From Callorhinchus milii (taxonomy: Eukaryota): a DNA stretch of 64,000 nucleotides. A program made the position numbers and the translations under genes. How positions within the stretch are numbered: position 1 is the stretch's first letter; the number at the start of each line of letters is the position of its first letter. The notes under the pieces were generated by a model. The model was not told the origin of the DNA. It ran no database searches and saw only the letters and a program-made list of their open reading frames with translations. The stretch spans positions 1 through 64,000 of the forward strand of contig NW_024704849.1 in the NCBI RefSeq assembly GCF_018977255.1, written 5' to 3'. Shown piece by piece: positions 51,867 to 62,928 of this stretch.

Positions 51867-52834
51867 CTGTGGGTTTTAAATTACAGGTTACAGGTTAGAA
51901 ATTCACATATTCCTACACAAATTTCATTTGATGTATTGCCTTAACGTTTGAATGAGATGCCTCATAGCACCTCACAGAATGCACACTAAACGTGATCGAC
52001 TTTATATTCTGGTTACAAATCGAAAACAAATTGCACAAACAAGTCGCGCATTCCATAAAGAAATATTTACCTGAGTAATAAAAAACACTCATCGCCTCCT
52101 TTCTGCTTCTTTTGCCAATTTTCTAACATCTATGTTCATCGTTTACCGACGCACCTACAAGAGTAAACAATTCCCACCTATCTACTTCATCAAAACTCCT
52201 CATCATTTTGAACACATCTATTAAATGTCACGTTAACCATTCTTTCTATAAGGAGAACAATTGCTGCCACTATTCTCCTCATATAAGTGAAGATCTGCAT
52301 CGCTAGTATCAGTCCGCTAATCTCCTTTGCACCTTGTTCAAGGCCTGTACACGCTTCCTAATGTGTCCCTGAAAGGCTTTATACCTAATGTAAGCTATGT
52401 GGTTACAATAGCGACGCAAAGAGCAGTGAAATCGATTAATATAAGTAGCTCCTGTAATTGAGCCAGATTTTAGTGCAGACATGAATCATGTGGCGATTTT
52501 TGTGCCAACAATAATACAAACACTCATAAATGCAACATTTAATTAAGCTTTGTTTGTCTAATCTTAAACTGGTTTGCCAAAGCTTTTTGACCACATTGAA
52601 GCTTTGGGTGTCTGTGATCATGGGAATGTTTAGCAGAGAATCAGGTGTCAGTTTGTACCGTTAACTCAGTAGGTTTACAGTTGAGGCAAATGGAAAGTTT
52701 CACTGCTGTAAATGTTTGCACTTTAACATCGCTGCTGGAGGAGGTTCATCCTCTGGCTTCTTGCCAGCATCTGTTTCTCTCCTTTTGTGAACTGCTCAAT
52801 GGATTTCACTTGTATAAGGAGCAAAGTGCTTTCT

Positions 52835-53020
52835 TTCTTTCTTTCTTTCTTTCCTTCTTTCTATCTTTCTATCTATACTTCACTGTTTCTTTCACTCTTT
52901 CTTTCACTTTCTTTCATTCTTTCTTTCTCTTTTTCACGCTTTCTCTCTTTCACTCTTTCTTTTTATTCGTTCTTTTTTCACCGTATCTGTCTTTTGTAAG
53001 TTCTTCCTTTTTTTGTTTCG
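52835..53020. repeat. (TTTC)n low-complexity tract
   Basis: Directly visible. Confidence 0.9.
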
Positions 53021-54322
53021 GCTTATAATCAATTATTTCGCTATCTTACTTCTTTTTATCTTTCTTGACCTTGATGAATTGTTCCGTCTGTCTGTTTTTT
53101 TCACTGTGCAATAATGTTCGCAATTAATTGACTTATATTAAATTGTTTAGTGACTTTCTGGCCAGCAATACGCTGAGAAGCGCTTCAAGGAACATACTGT
53201 AAAATGAATTCGCTATGGATATCCCCCACAATATCTGAATTCAATTTCAGTTTATGTTGTATTCTGTTAAGGGCATTGAGACGTCTCCGAAACTGAAAAG
53301 GGGCTGTATCAAAAGCAATGTTTACGAGCAATTGAAATTCTATCCTATTTGCTCTATTGCAGAGTTAGCACGCAATAAGTGCACAAGAAGTACGAGACGG
53401 AAAAAGAGCAATATTCATCTAGTTCGCCTTTAAATTTTCCGTAGGTCTGCTTTCATCGTCTCCATTGCATACATTTATTATCTGTTCACTGAAATATTGC
53501 TACGGCAGATTTGTATTGAATTGACCTGCTTCATTCGTAGGCCATATCCTCTGCCTCTAATGTACCGTACAAGATAAAACAGATTGTCATTGTCTACATT
53601 ACTTACAACCCTCTTTTGATAAAAAAAGAATGTGCTCGCGCTCTTGAAAGTTTGCTTAGTGGTGTATAATGTCTCCAGGATATCAGTTACGATGTGCTGT
53701 ACTGAATTAACTAGGAAATAACCAGACACGCTTTAGTTCAATGGTCCTGTCCGTTTACTGCCGTTTACTGGTAATTGGTGGCATTTGTGCAAAAAATATA
53801 TTTTGCTGGGTTTCTAACACACATCACCATTCAAAAAATAATCCAAAACTAAATGATAGTATCATGCAATTCTGAAAATATGCGTGACTCAAGAATGGAA
53901 TAGATATTATATGCTCTGGAGGACACAACATGCTTATCGTTCCATTGGTGACTGACAATTTTTCAGACTGCTTGTCAAGCGTGTAATACACTCCTCTTTT
54001 GGCCTTTGGCTTGCCGAGTAAAAGGGATCTCAGTGAAGTTAATCCCTGCTTCTCGTGCCTGTTCTGCTCTTCAAGCTCCTGCAGCTGAGCTGGTCTGTGT
54101 TGTGATCAGCAGTGACCTGGAATACCAGGGACCCGCCTCGTTCAGGAACCCAAAGAGAGATCGTCACAAAGATTATCTGTATTCCGCCATTGAATTGCAG
54201 AATTACGTCGTTTGCTCCAGGGCTTTGTTATTGACATCCCAGCGAGCCATATGCAAGCACATGTACTTACAAATTCACATGAATAAGCACTTTTTCCTTC
54301 CATAGAAATTGATCGCACTTAC

Positions 54323-54673
54323 TTTCTGTTACTGTTACTGCTGTTCCAGTTCCATATTTTCCTTTTCCTGAACTTCTCACTTTATGTCGATATACATCGT
54401 ATCCAGCTCGACAGTGATAGATAGCGCTGTCTTGAACTTTCAAGTCATTGATTTCCAGTGAAAATGAATTCGATCCCTGCTCTGCTTTTATAAAAAATCG
54501 TCCGTCGCCAGGGATGGACTTCCATTGCGTCCCTTTTCCAATCTGTCTAAAAAATTCCATGTGCTTGAAAGTTTCACAAGATCCTCCGTCAAAGACACAT
54601 TTGATGGACAATGACTCGCATTTTTCTCTTGTAAGAGAGGGGGGCGTCTGCTTTACTGAGGCGCGGAGAACAC
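54323..54673 (-). CDS. Germline-joined, leaderless NAR V-D-J exon gj2, intact
   Basis: 351 nt, TTTTCAG acceptor, phase-1 GTAAGT donor. VLRASVKQTPPSLTREKCESLSIKCVFDGGSCETFKHMEFFRQ...YHCRAGYDVYRHKVRSSGKGKYGTGTAVTVTE. No RSS. Confidence 0.93.
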
Positions 54674-55928
54674 CTGAAAATTTTACACAACATAAAATCA
54701 ATTTACCAGATATGAAACGGCCTGGTACTTTTGTGAATAAATTCGAAGGCTTCGGTTGAATTCGATTAACATCGCAAATTGTAATAATGACAGTTATCGC
54801 TCAAAGTGAAATACTGCGGACCCGCCTGGCTGCAGAAATAATTAACTGCGCATCTCAAAGGCTGGGCTGGAGTGCGCCAATACTTTGCCAACAGATCACA
54901 TCAGAAACAATTCAGCTCCGAGATGACCCCTTATTATGATTCTAAATATCTAAATGATTCCCAAGACTTGGCTTGAATTCGTTTGAATTTGCAAATTGCG
55001 GTGATGACAAATGGCGCTTCGGGATGCCTACAAGATGCCAACCCAAGTTACAATTGTTGACTCCAGCATAAGATTTATCAAGTAAATTTGCACTTCTGAA
55101 TTAAGAAAAGCTTAACGGACACAATTCACTCCCTCGAAGGATGTGTTGAATTGGAATGATTGGCTGGCTCCTCCAAATGTTGTGCACAGCCTCATCCTGT
55201 GCTCTAATACTCAAGGAATCTATGATTATGTTTCGTTCAACATGATATAGGGAACAGAGCCACCACCATGTTTAAAAGTAACCGAAACAAACCGTCAATT
55301 TTGTGCCATTCTGTTAATCTGTTGTCCCCAATTACGCAAAAAATCTTCCCTAATTGGGCACGTCCTGCGAAGTTTTACATTAAAATCTTTGCCTGTACAC
55401 CTATACCGGTTCTTGTCCAGCTTGCAAAACTTCGCAGTTTATTGCAAGTTGTATTTCCTGTTTAATGGGAGCAGAGTGGGTGAAAGACCATGCCACTGTG
55501 AATCATCGGCCTTTTCAACACATATCACCTTGGAGCCAGTCTAGAGCCGAGGAGTACCCATTAGTATTGCCCGCGGTACGGTAGAAGAAATCAGGGATTG
55601 TGCTCTAATCTAACACAGGCTGCATGAATTGGTTACCTTAATTTATATGAAATATGTCCTCCAGGCATGTTATTTTGGAACCACAGTCCAGACAATATCA
55701 GAGGCTTTACAGAAAAGGAAATAAAAGCGGGTAATTTGATAAAACAGCATCATCTAGGGAGAAGATTAGCGTTTACTCAACATAAAGTACTATTTTCCTA
55801 GCTGGTCACGAGAATTGTTCAAATGATGCAGTTGCAAATCATTGGGATCAATGAGGTGCAGCAAAGCACTTTATCAATTAGCTTGACTAAAGCATTCTAG
55901 TACTTCGATTGAAATTATTCGCGCTTAC

Positions 55929-56279
55929 TCGTTTTTACAGTTACTTCAGTTCCAGTTCCATCTGTAGTTTTTCCTGCGTTTCTCATAGTACAGCGATAAT
56001 CTTCATACAGCGCTCGACAGTAATAGATACCGCTGTCTTGAACTTCCAAATCGCTGATTTGTAGAGCAAATGAAGTCGATCCCTCGTCTGCTTTCACAGT
56101 AAACCGTCCATCATCAGGGATTGACTCCAATTGTGTTCCATTTCCAATCTGTCTGAAAAATTCCATGCTCTTGAATGTCACAACAGATCCGGCTTCAAAG
56201 GCGCATTGAATTGATATGGACTCGCATTCTTTTCCCGTAAGTGAGGTTGGTGTCTGCTTTACCGAGACACTGACAACAT
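55929..56279 (-). CDS. Germline-joined, leaderless NAR V-D-J exon gj3, intact
   Basis: 351 nt, TTTCAG acceptor, phase-1 GTAAGC donor. VVSVSVKQTPTSLTGKECESISIQC...YYCRALYEDYRCTMRNAGKTTDGTGTEVTVKT. Confidence 0.93.
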
Positions 56280-56512
56280 CTGAAACATACACACACCGTG
56301 TTACCAATTATTAATACTCTAGCTCCTAATCTAATTGAAGCCCAAGAAAGGCTTGTTTTGTTGAATATTGCATACTGTTATGATGACAGTTAGCGCTTTG
56401 GGACGCCCTCCAGCTGCGAAAGGCACAACGTAAACCCAAGTTTGTCACTGTCACGCAAAGGCCAGAGGGAAAAATCACCAAATTGTTTTAAGGGTGAGAG
56501 GGAATGACGTAC

Positions 56513-56564
56513 ACATGAGGCCCAATAACAGTTAACTGAACAGCACAAACTGTTTTCTCTCCTT
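56513..56564 (-). pseudogene. Dead leader exon of the 40.5 kb conventional V family, with no V exon
   Basis: Aligns with leader 40897-40948, with ATG>AAG and TCA>TAA. The GTACGT donor and upstream promoter-like flank are retained. Confidence 0.7.
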
Positions 56565-57417
56565 TTCAAGTGAGCACTTAAATTGTTTAATGGAAGGTTA
56601 TGCATTAGAGTTTGTGTCCTGAATTGTGCTTGAAAACAGAAGCGGAAGGAATATTCAACACAGCACTGTTTGGAACCGCTCTATCAGGAGATTATGGTTA
56701 AAGTCTACATCACTGGATTTGGGACATCAATATTCTAGGGTTATACTCCAATGCAATGCTGGGAGTGTACTGCAGTGTGAAGTCCTACAGCTTAGTTACT
56801 AGAGCTCTCGACTCGCAAGAGGGAGTCCTGGGTTCGATTCCTGGCAGGGCGAAGGAGTGGAGAAGTTTCAGTGCTTCACACTCATATTTCTAATTATTTA
56901 TTCTCAAACTAAAAAATATTCATTCACTTCATGGCTGTCTGTAGGAACTTGATCTCTCCAAATTGGCTACCCTTTCACCCCCACAAATCACAAAGTCACT
57001 TATTTTTTACACCGTTGCATTTGAAGTGCTTTGGGATGTTTCGTACTGTGAAACGCATTGCACAGAGTATAATTATTATGCTAAAACTTGTAGAAAGTTC
57101 AGATAAATGGTTCAAAGCTCAGAATTCCTGTAGGTGAGATCGTTTGTAGTGAAAACACAAACCATAAAATGGGCAACAATTATACACCAAAATGTGCTGA
57201 ACGTTGGCGAAACCTTCTGCAAAGTAAAGAGTTAAAATAAAATGAAGGTTTTCCGGCGGGACTTGAAAAAGGGGAGGGAGCTAGAACGATTCAGAGGAGA
57301 GTGTTCCTGAATTTAGTAATGCTATAATATATTTTAATTGACTTGAAATGAACTCAGTAAAGTGTAAGCTACGGTGGAAGTTGGGAGAGGGTTTGTTTCA
57401 CTGTCTGTCACTAAATG

Positions 57418-57480
57418 TATCATCTCACCAGCAAAAACAGTTTGTTCAGGCGGTGACTGGGAAACTATAGTTCGGTCATG
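57418..57480 (-). pseudogene. Internally deleted supporting Vdelta remnant
   Basis: About 60 nt of FR1 (VSQSPPEQTVFAGEM) is fused directly to the post-RSS flank. The acceptor reads TTCCGCAT versus TTCCGCAG in S3. Confidence 0.8.
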
Positions 57481-58298
57481 CGGAATGCAAATTAGAGTTT
57501 ACTTAGAATCATTGAATCATGCAGTATTACAACTTAGAAGGAGGCCTTTCGCCCATCGTCTCTGTGCCGACTCTTTGAAAAGTGCAATTCAATCACTCTC
57601 TCCCTTCTTGTCGAAGAGACCTGGATTATTTCACAAAAACACTTACGACTTTCAAAACGGGCATTTATTCATCAGTAATACTTCTAATAAAAACATTTTA
57701 CAGACACTAGTGTCTTCATTCATCTAATGAAAACATTTTCAGACACTGGTGTCTTCACATACATGAATCCTCTCTTCCAAGGTAATCATTCTGGTAAAGC
57801 TCTTTTTATCTCTGCCCAAGGCCTGGAAATTCGTCCTTATGTTTGTGTGAAAGGCTTTACACTAATTCAAGGATTCTTATGATAACGTTGATAAAGAGCA
57901 GATGCATACACTAAAGCAGCGAGCTCTTGCAAGTGAGACAATTCAGCGCAGACACAAACCGTCTGACTATTTTGTATGACAACATTTATGACACATAATA
58001 AATGGACCATTTTAGTTAAGCTTTCATTATCTAATCTTATATTTGTTTGCTATAGCGGTTTGTGCACATTTATGCTTTCGGTGTCTGTGATCATGGGAAT
58101 GTATAGCAGGGAATCAGGTGTCAGTTTGTATCGTTAAATCAGAGGGTTTACAGTTGAGGCAAATGGAAAGTTTCCTGCTGTAAATGTCGTTACTTCAAAA
58201 TCGCTGCTAGAGGGGGTTTAGACTCTGACTTATTGCCAGTATCAGTTTCTCTCAGTCTGTGAACTTTTCATTTCAGTTCCACTTCTGCCACCAGTAAA

Positions 58299-58496
58299 NN
58301 NNNNNNNNNNNNNNNNNNNNNNNNNNNNNNNNNNNNNNNNNNNNNNNNNNNNNNNNNNNNNNNNNNNNNNNNNNNNNNNNNNNNNNNNNNNNNNNNNNNN
58401 NNNNNNNNNNNNNNNNNNNNNNNNNNNNNNNNNNNNNNNNNNNNNNNNNNNNNNNNNNNNNNNNNNNNNNNNNNNNNNNNNNNNNNNNNNNNNNNN
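58299..58496. other. Assembly gap (N run)
   Basis: N run at the homologous microsatellite position. Confidence 0.98.
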
Positions 58497-59092
58497 TATC
58501 TTTATCTTTCAGTCTTTCTTTCAGTGGAATTTCTTTCGTTCAGGAACCGGCTCAGTGCACTTGTGTGTGAATTAAGATGCAATTTGTCTTTCTCTTTTTT
58601 TCTTTGCAACTTGATTTATTAGATGTCTTGCTCCAACCCTATTCCCCCCCCCCCCCCCCCCACCCACACCACAACCACCACCTCCCTCCCCCACCTTCAA
58701 CTCTGAATGCAGTGCTATCAAGTGAACGGCCTCAACCTCCAAAGCACTGCTTGTTGCGAAGTATAAATTGCGGTGACTTTTTTTACTGTCATTTAATGTT
58801 ACTTTAGCAAAGGTGACTTATAGTCCTGTCTAACAGATTATACACAATGGAATGCATCTGCATCATTGAATGTTTTTTGTTGTGTGTAATGATTCCAGAT
58901 TCCGCTGTTATCAGCGGTTCCCTGGAATACTGCAGACCAGTCTGGCTCAGAAACCGGAATAGAGATGGTCGAATTGAGTGAACTTAATTCCTACTTCCTG
59001 CGGCCAAACATGTCAGCTTGGATCTGGTAATTTGTATTCGCAAATTCACAGTAATCAGTTTTTTTAATTCCTTTCAAAATGTTCTCACTTAC

Positions 59093-59443
59093 TTTTAGTT
59101 ACTGTTACTGCGGTTCCATTTCCATCTTTCATTTTTTCTGTGCTGCCCCCAAGGCAGTGATATTCATCATAAACAGCTCTGCAATAATAGGTATCGCTGT
59201 CTTGAACTTCCAAGTTTTTGATTTCTAGAGAAAATGAAGCCGATCCCTTGTCTGCTTTCATGGAAAACCGTCCATCATCAGGTACTGATTCCCACTGTGT
59301 CCCCCTTCCATTCTGCCTGAAAAATTCCATGCTCTTGAAAGTCACACCAGATCCGGCTTCAAAGGCGCAATGAATTGATACGGACTCGCATTCTTTTGCC
59401 GTCAGAGAGGTTGGTGTCTGTTTTACCGAGACACTGACAACAT
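59093..59443 (-). CDS. Germline-joined, leaderless NAR V-D-J exon gj4, intact
   Basis: 351 nt, TTTCAG acceptor, phase-1 GTAAGT donor. VVSVSVKQTPTSLTAKECESVSIHC...YYCRAVYDEYHCLGGSTEKMKDGNGTAVTVTK. Confidence 0.93.
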
Positions 59444-60978
59444 CTGAAAGATACACACAACGTGTTAACAATTATTAACAGTCTCTGCTCCTAATCTAAT
59501 TGAATTACAAGACCTGGATTGATTTGTTTGATATTGCATATTGTTATGAAGACAGTTAGCGCTTTGGGACGCCCTCCCGATGCGAAAGCCAATTTCAGTT
59601 TACAGCGTATTTTATTGAGATTTTTCCACGACGTGAAAATGGTATTGTATCAAAAGAATAATGATGAATTATTATTGTATCGCAGGCAATTTATTGCAGA
59701 TGCAGCTAACAATAAATGATTTGATAATCACGACGTGGGGAATGAACGCCATAATTTCTATTCAGACGCGAGAATGCTACTTATTGAACCACACTGACAC
59801 TCCAATGCAAAACTGTGCTGCCTTTTCAAATTTTCCGTGAAAATTCTACATTTTATTTAAATTGGCACAGTCAAAGTTACATTATTTTAGAGGTAAGGAT
59901 TGCTGGATGAAAGAAAACAGAGGTCCATTCAGTTCACATTCCACCATCCTGGCAGCAGCTTGACATAATATGTCCCAAACTACATCCCCCAAAATGTCCC
60001 GAGATATTATTTACTTAAATCAATCTATTTATTTTGCTTTTGAAAGAATCAACAGCTTCCACTGTCACAGTCTCGCTGGGGAGCCTGATCCATATATTTA
60101 TTTGTTGTTCACTTATTGTTTCTGCGTATTGTTCTAAATTTACCTCCTTCAACCGCAGCGCATATCCCTCGTGCTAATGGTCCCGATAAAATAAAAGAGC
60201 TTTTATGCTCTCCATTAGTTATAGCCCTATCGAGTAGATTTTCATTAAAAAATTGTTCGCACAGTTTTATTTCGTTAATGATGTAGAGTGGCTCCAGGGT
60301 ATCAGTTACTAGGCCCATGTGATGTACTGTTTAAGCGACAAAACTAATCACACATTATTTAGTTCAATCTTCCTGCCTGTTTCATGCCAGTTGGAAACAT
60401 GCTCGTTAAAATATATATATCTGACACAGGCGACAACCCAACAACATTCTTAAAATAATACTTTTCAAATGAGATTTCCAAGCAATCCCCAAAATATGCC
60501 TTTTTATTGCATGGGATATGCATTATACTCTCTGGAGGGATGCAATCTGATTAGTTTACCATAAAAAGTATATCTGGCAAGCTTCCCTACTGTTAGTAAG
60601 GCGAGGACCCCTCCGCCCATTCTGGCTTTGGTTTCCAGTGTTAACAGGAGCAGAATGGGAGTGTTTCCTGTCCCCAGTGACTAGTCCCTCATTCCATGTT
60701 CTGCTGGTGAGCCAAGCTGGACCATGTTTTGAGTAGCGATGCTGTAGAATAATAAGGACACTCCTGGCTCTGGAACACGACTAAGGACTGTCAAAATATT
60801 TGTCTCAATTTCTCCATTCCGTTGCCATTCGAGTGTCTTCTATTGCAAGGCATTGATAGTGACATTTCTTCCATCCTAACATTTCTGAAGGACTCGGAGT
60901 GCAGGCAAACTACGCTTGATGTGCTTACAAATTTACGTGAATATGCAGGTTTTCTTCTTTAAAAGCTGATATCACTAC

Positions 60979-61208
60979 TTTGTTTCACAGAAACTGTAGT
61001 TCCAGTTTCATCTCTGTTTTTATCTGCACTTTTCAGACTGCATCGATACTCATATGGAGCTCGGCAGTAATAGGTTGCGCTGTCTTGAACTTGCAAGCCA
61101 TTGATTTCCAGTGAAAACGAAGTTGATCCCTTGTCTGCTTTGATAAGAAACCGTTCATCAACAGGGATGGACTCCCACTGCGTCCTTTTTCCAATCTGTC
61201 TAAAAATT
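60979..61208 (-). pseudogene. Decayed germline-joined NAR V-D-J exon gj5
   Basis: RQIGKRTQWESIPVDERFLIKADKGS...YYCRAPYEYRCSLKSADKT, then a frameshift before the J motif (DETGTTVSVK). The donor is mutated (GTAGTG), and the 5' third and acceptor are missing. Confidence 0.85.
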
Positions 61209-62120
61209 GCTGCTTACACTACGGCTTCTCTACAAGCAGCATGTTAAGCAGCCCCAATTTACCTGCTGGTCACAATCTGCTTTCTGTCTTCTGCTATTTT
61301 GTATTTTGCGTAAAAAAAGGACAGAGTTTTTACTGTACTTGAAATGAAAATCAATTGGAAGGCCATCGGACAACTGCTGATTGAATAGTTCTTCCTAATG
61401 TTTCAAATGGGCACCACTTGTACTGTAATATTCAATGATTCTATAATTATATTTAGCTCAAGGTGGTACCTGAAGCATGCCAGAAACCTCCGTCATGCTT
61501 AAATATATCCAAACAAACCCTGTGCAATCCTGATAATATTCCTGCCCTGTGAATTCACACCATCTTCCTACTAGGGATCCATGCTGCGACGTTTGACATC
61601 GAAAAAACTCGTTGGCAAATATCCCGATGTTTCTCCAGTTTGGAAGTCTTTACCGCCTCCTTTATTACAATTTCCCTTGGAAGTTTAATGGGAGCGGAGT
61701 GGTAGTAGACCGCGGCCAAAGTAAATGTCTGCCCACCCAACTAATGTCACCTTGGAGCCTACTCAGTTCCGAGGAGACCGCCTTGTTCCTCTCCTCGGAG
61801 GATAGAGATGATTAGGACCATATTTCCATCTGACACAGTCAATACAATTTACATGAACAGGTCATGTTTCCTTGTACAGACCAAGCCAATGGCTTTCCAA
61901 ATTACGGAAATAAAAGTAGATGTTTTGAGCAACAAGCTTCCTAGTGGGAGCTGATTAATCTTTCCCACAATACAAACATGTATATTTTTCAAAATTGGTC
62001 AGGTGGTTTGTTGAAGTGGCACAGTGGCAAATAATTTGGATCAATCCGTTACAATAAAGCATTTTACAAATTTACGTGGATAAAGTTGTTTTTACTTTGT
62101 TAGAAATTGTTCTCACTTAC

Positions 62121-62220
62121 TCCGTGTTACTGTTACTTTTGTTCCAGTTCCATCTATATCCCCATTACCAGTCCATGTAACCACAGTCACACAGCTTTAA
62201 TTCTACAAGATGCAAAAACT
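62121..62220 (-). other. NAR-TCR J segment J4 with 5' 23-RSS
   Basis: Reads VTWTGNGDIDGTGTKVTVTR with a phase-1 GTAAGT donor. CACAGTC (62182-62188), 23 nt, GCAAAAACT (62212-62220). Confidence 0.92.
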
Positions 62221-62533
62221 CTTCTATCAGATCATGGTACAATAATGGCAACAGTACAACCAAATGCTGCCACATTGGTCAATAGTTTCTATTTCTGTAC
62301 CACTATATCGTGTCATCATTTTTGTTTTGTCCGAATCATGTTTATTAAGCATTAATTTCACCCAAACACAGATAATATGCAAGGTAGAGAAAATCTGTTT
62401 CTGTGAATAGTTCAATAAATTTCTGCTTGAAATAAATAATTTCGGAAGCAGGCTTTCGACATATTCAACGCAATAAAAGAGGACACAATGATCAACGTTC
62501 ACGATCAATGTTTTTTAATGAAAATAGCTGCAC

Positions 62534-62610
62534 GGTATTTGGCCTGATGTTTTCCAACGTGGCTTCCCGATATACGAATCAGCACATTGTTTAATGTCAA
62601 CACAAAAAGC
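62534..62610 (-). other. NAR-TCR D segment D4 (CTGATTCGTATATCGGGAAGC), 12-D-12
   Basis: D is 62562-62582. 5' RSS heptamer 62583-62589, 12 nt, ACAAAAAGC (+ strand reading). 3' RSS is CACGTTG-12-CCAAATACC (non-consensus). Confidence 0.82.
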
Positions 62611-62928
62611 AGTGGTTTGAAACACTTTTCAAGTTATTTCTGCCATTTACAAATGATCAACCAGTGATGTAAACTGTCAAATTATTTTGAATAATATCCC
62701 GGTTGGATTTGCATGCCATCAATCTCTTGCAATTAAATTATTATTTACCTGAATCGCAGCAAACTTCCGATGTCCATTCAAATTGATACTCTTTTCGTAA
62801 GAATTCATAAATAATGGAGGTCTCTTAAAGGAAATGTTACTAAACATCATTTTGCATCACACAGCAATGAGGAATGTATATCGAATTGATTGACAAGTTC
62901 ACATTTGCTTCTGTGAGTTGGTGAAGGG

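Noticed and set aside
54323-59443. Joined VDJ exons as somatic rearrangements captured from lymphocyte DNA
   Set aside because: They lack leaders, lie in tandem with duplicated introns, and share CDR3 length and Cys position. Germline PCR would settle it.
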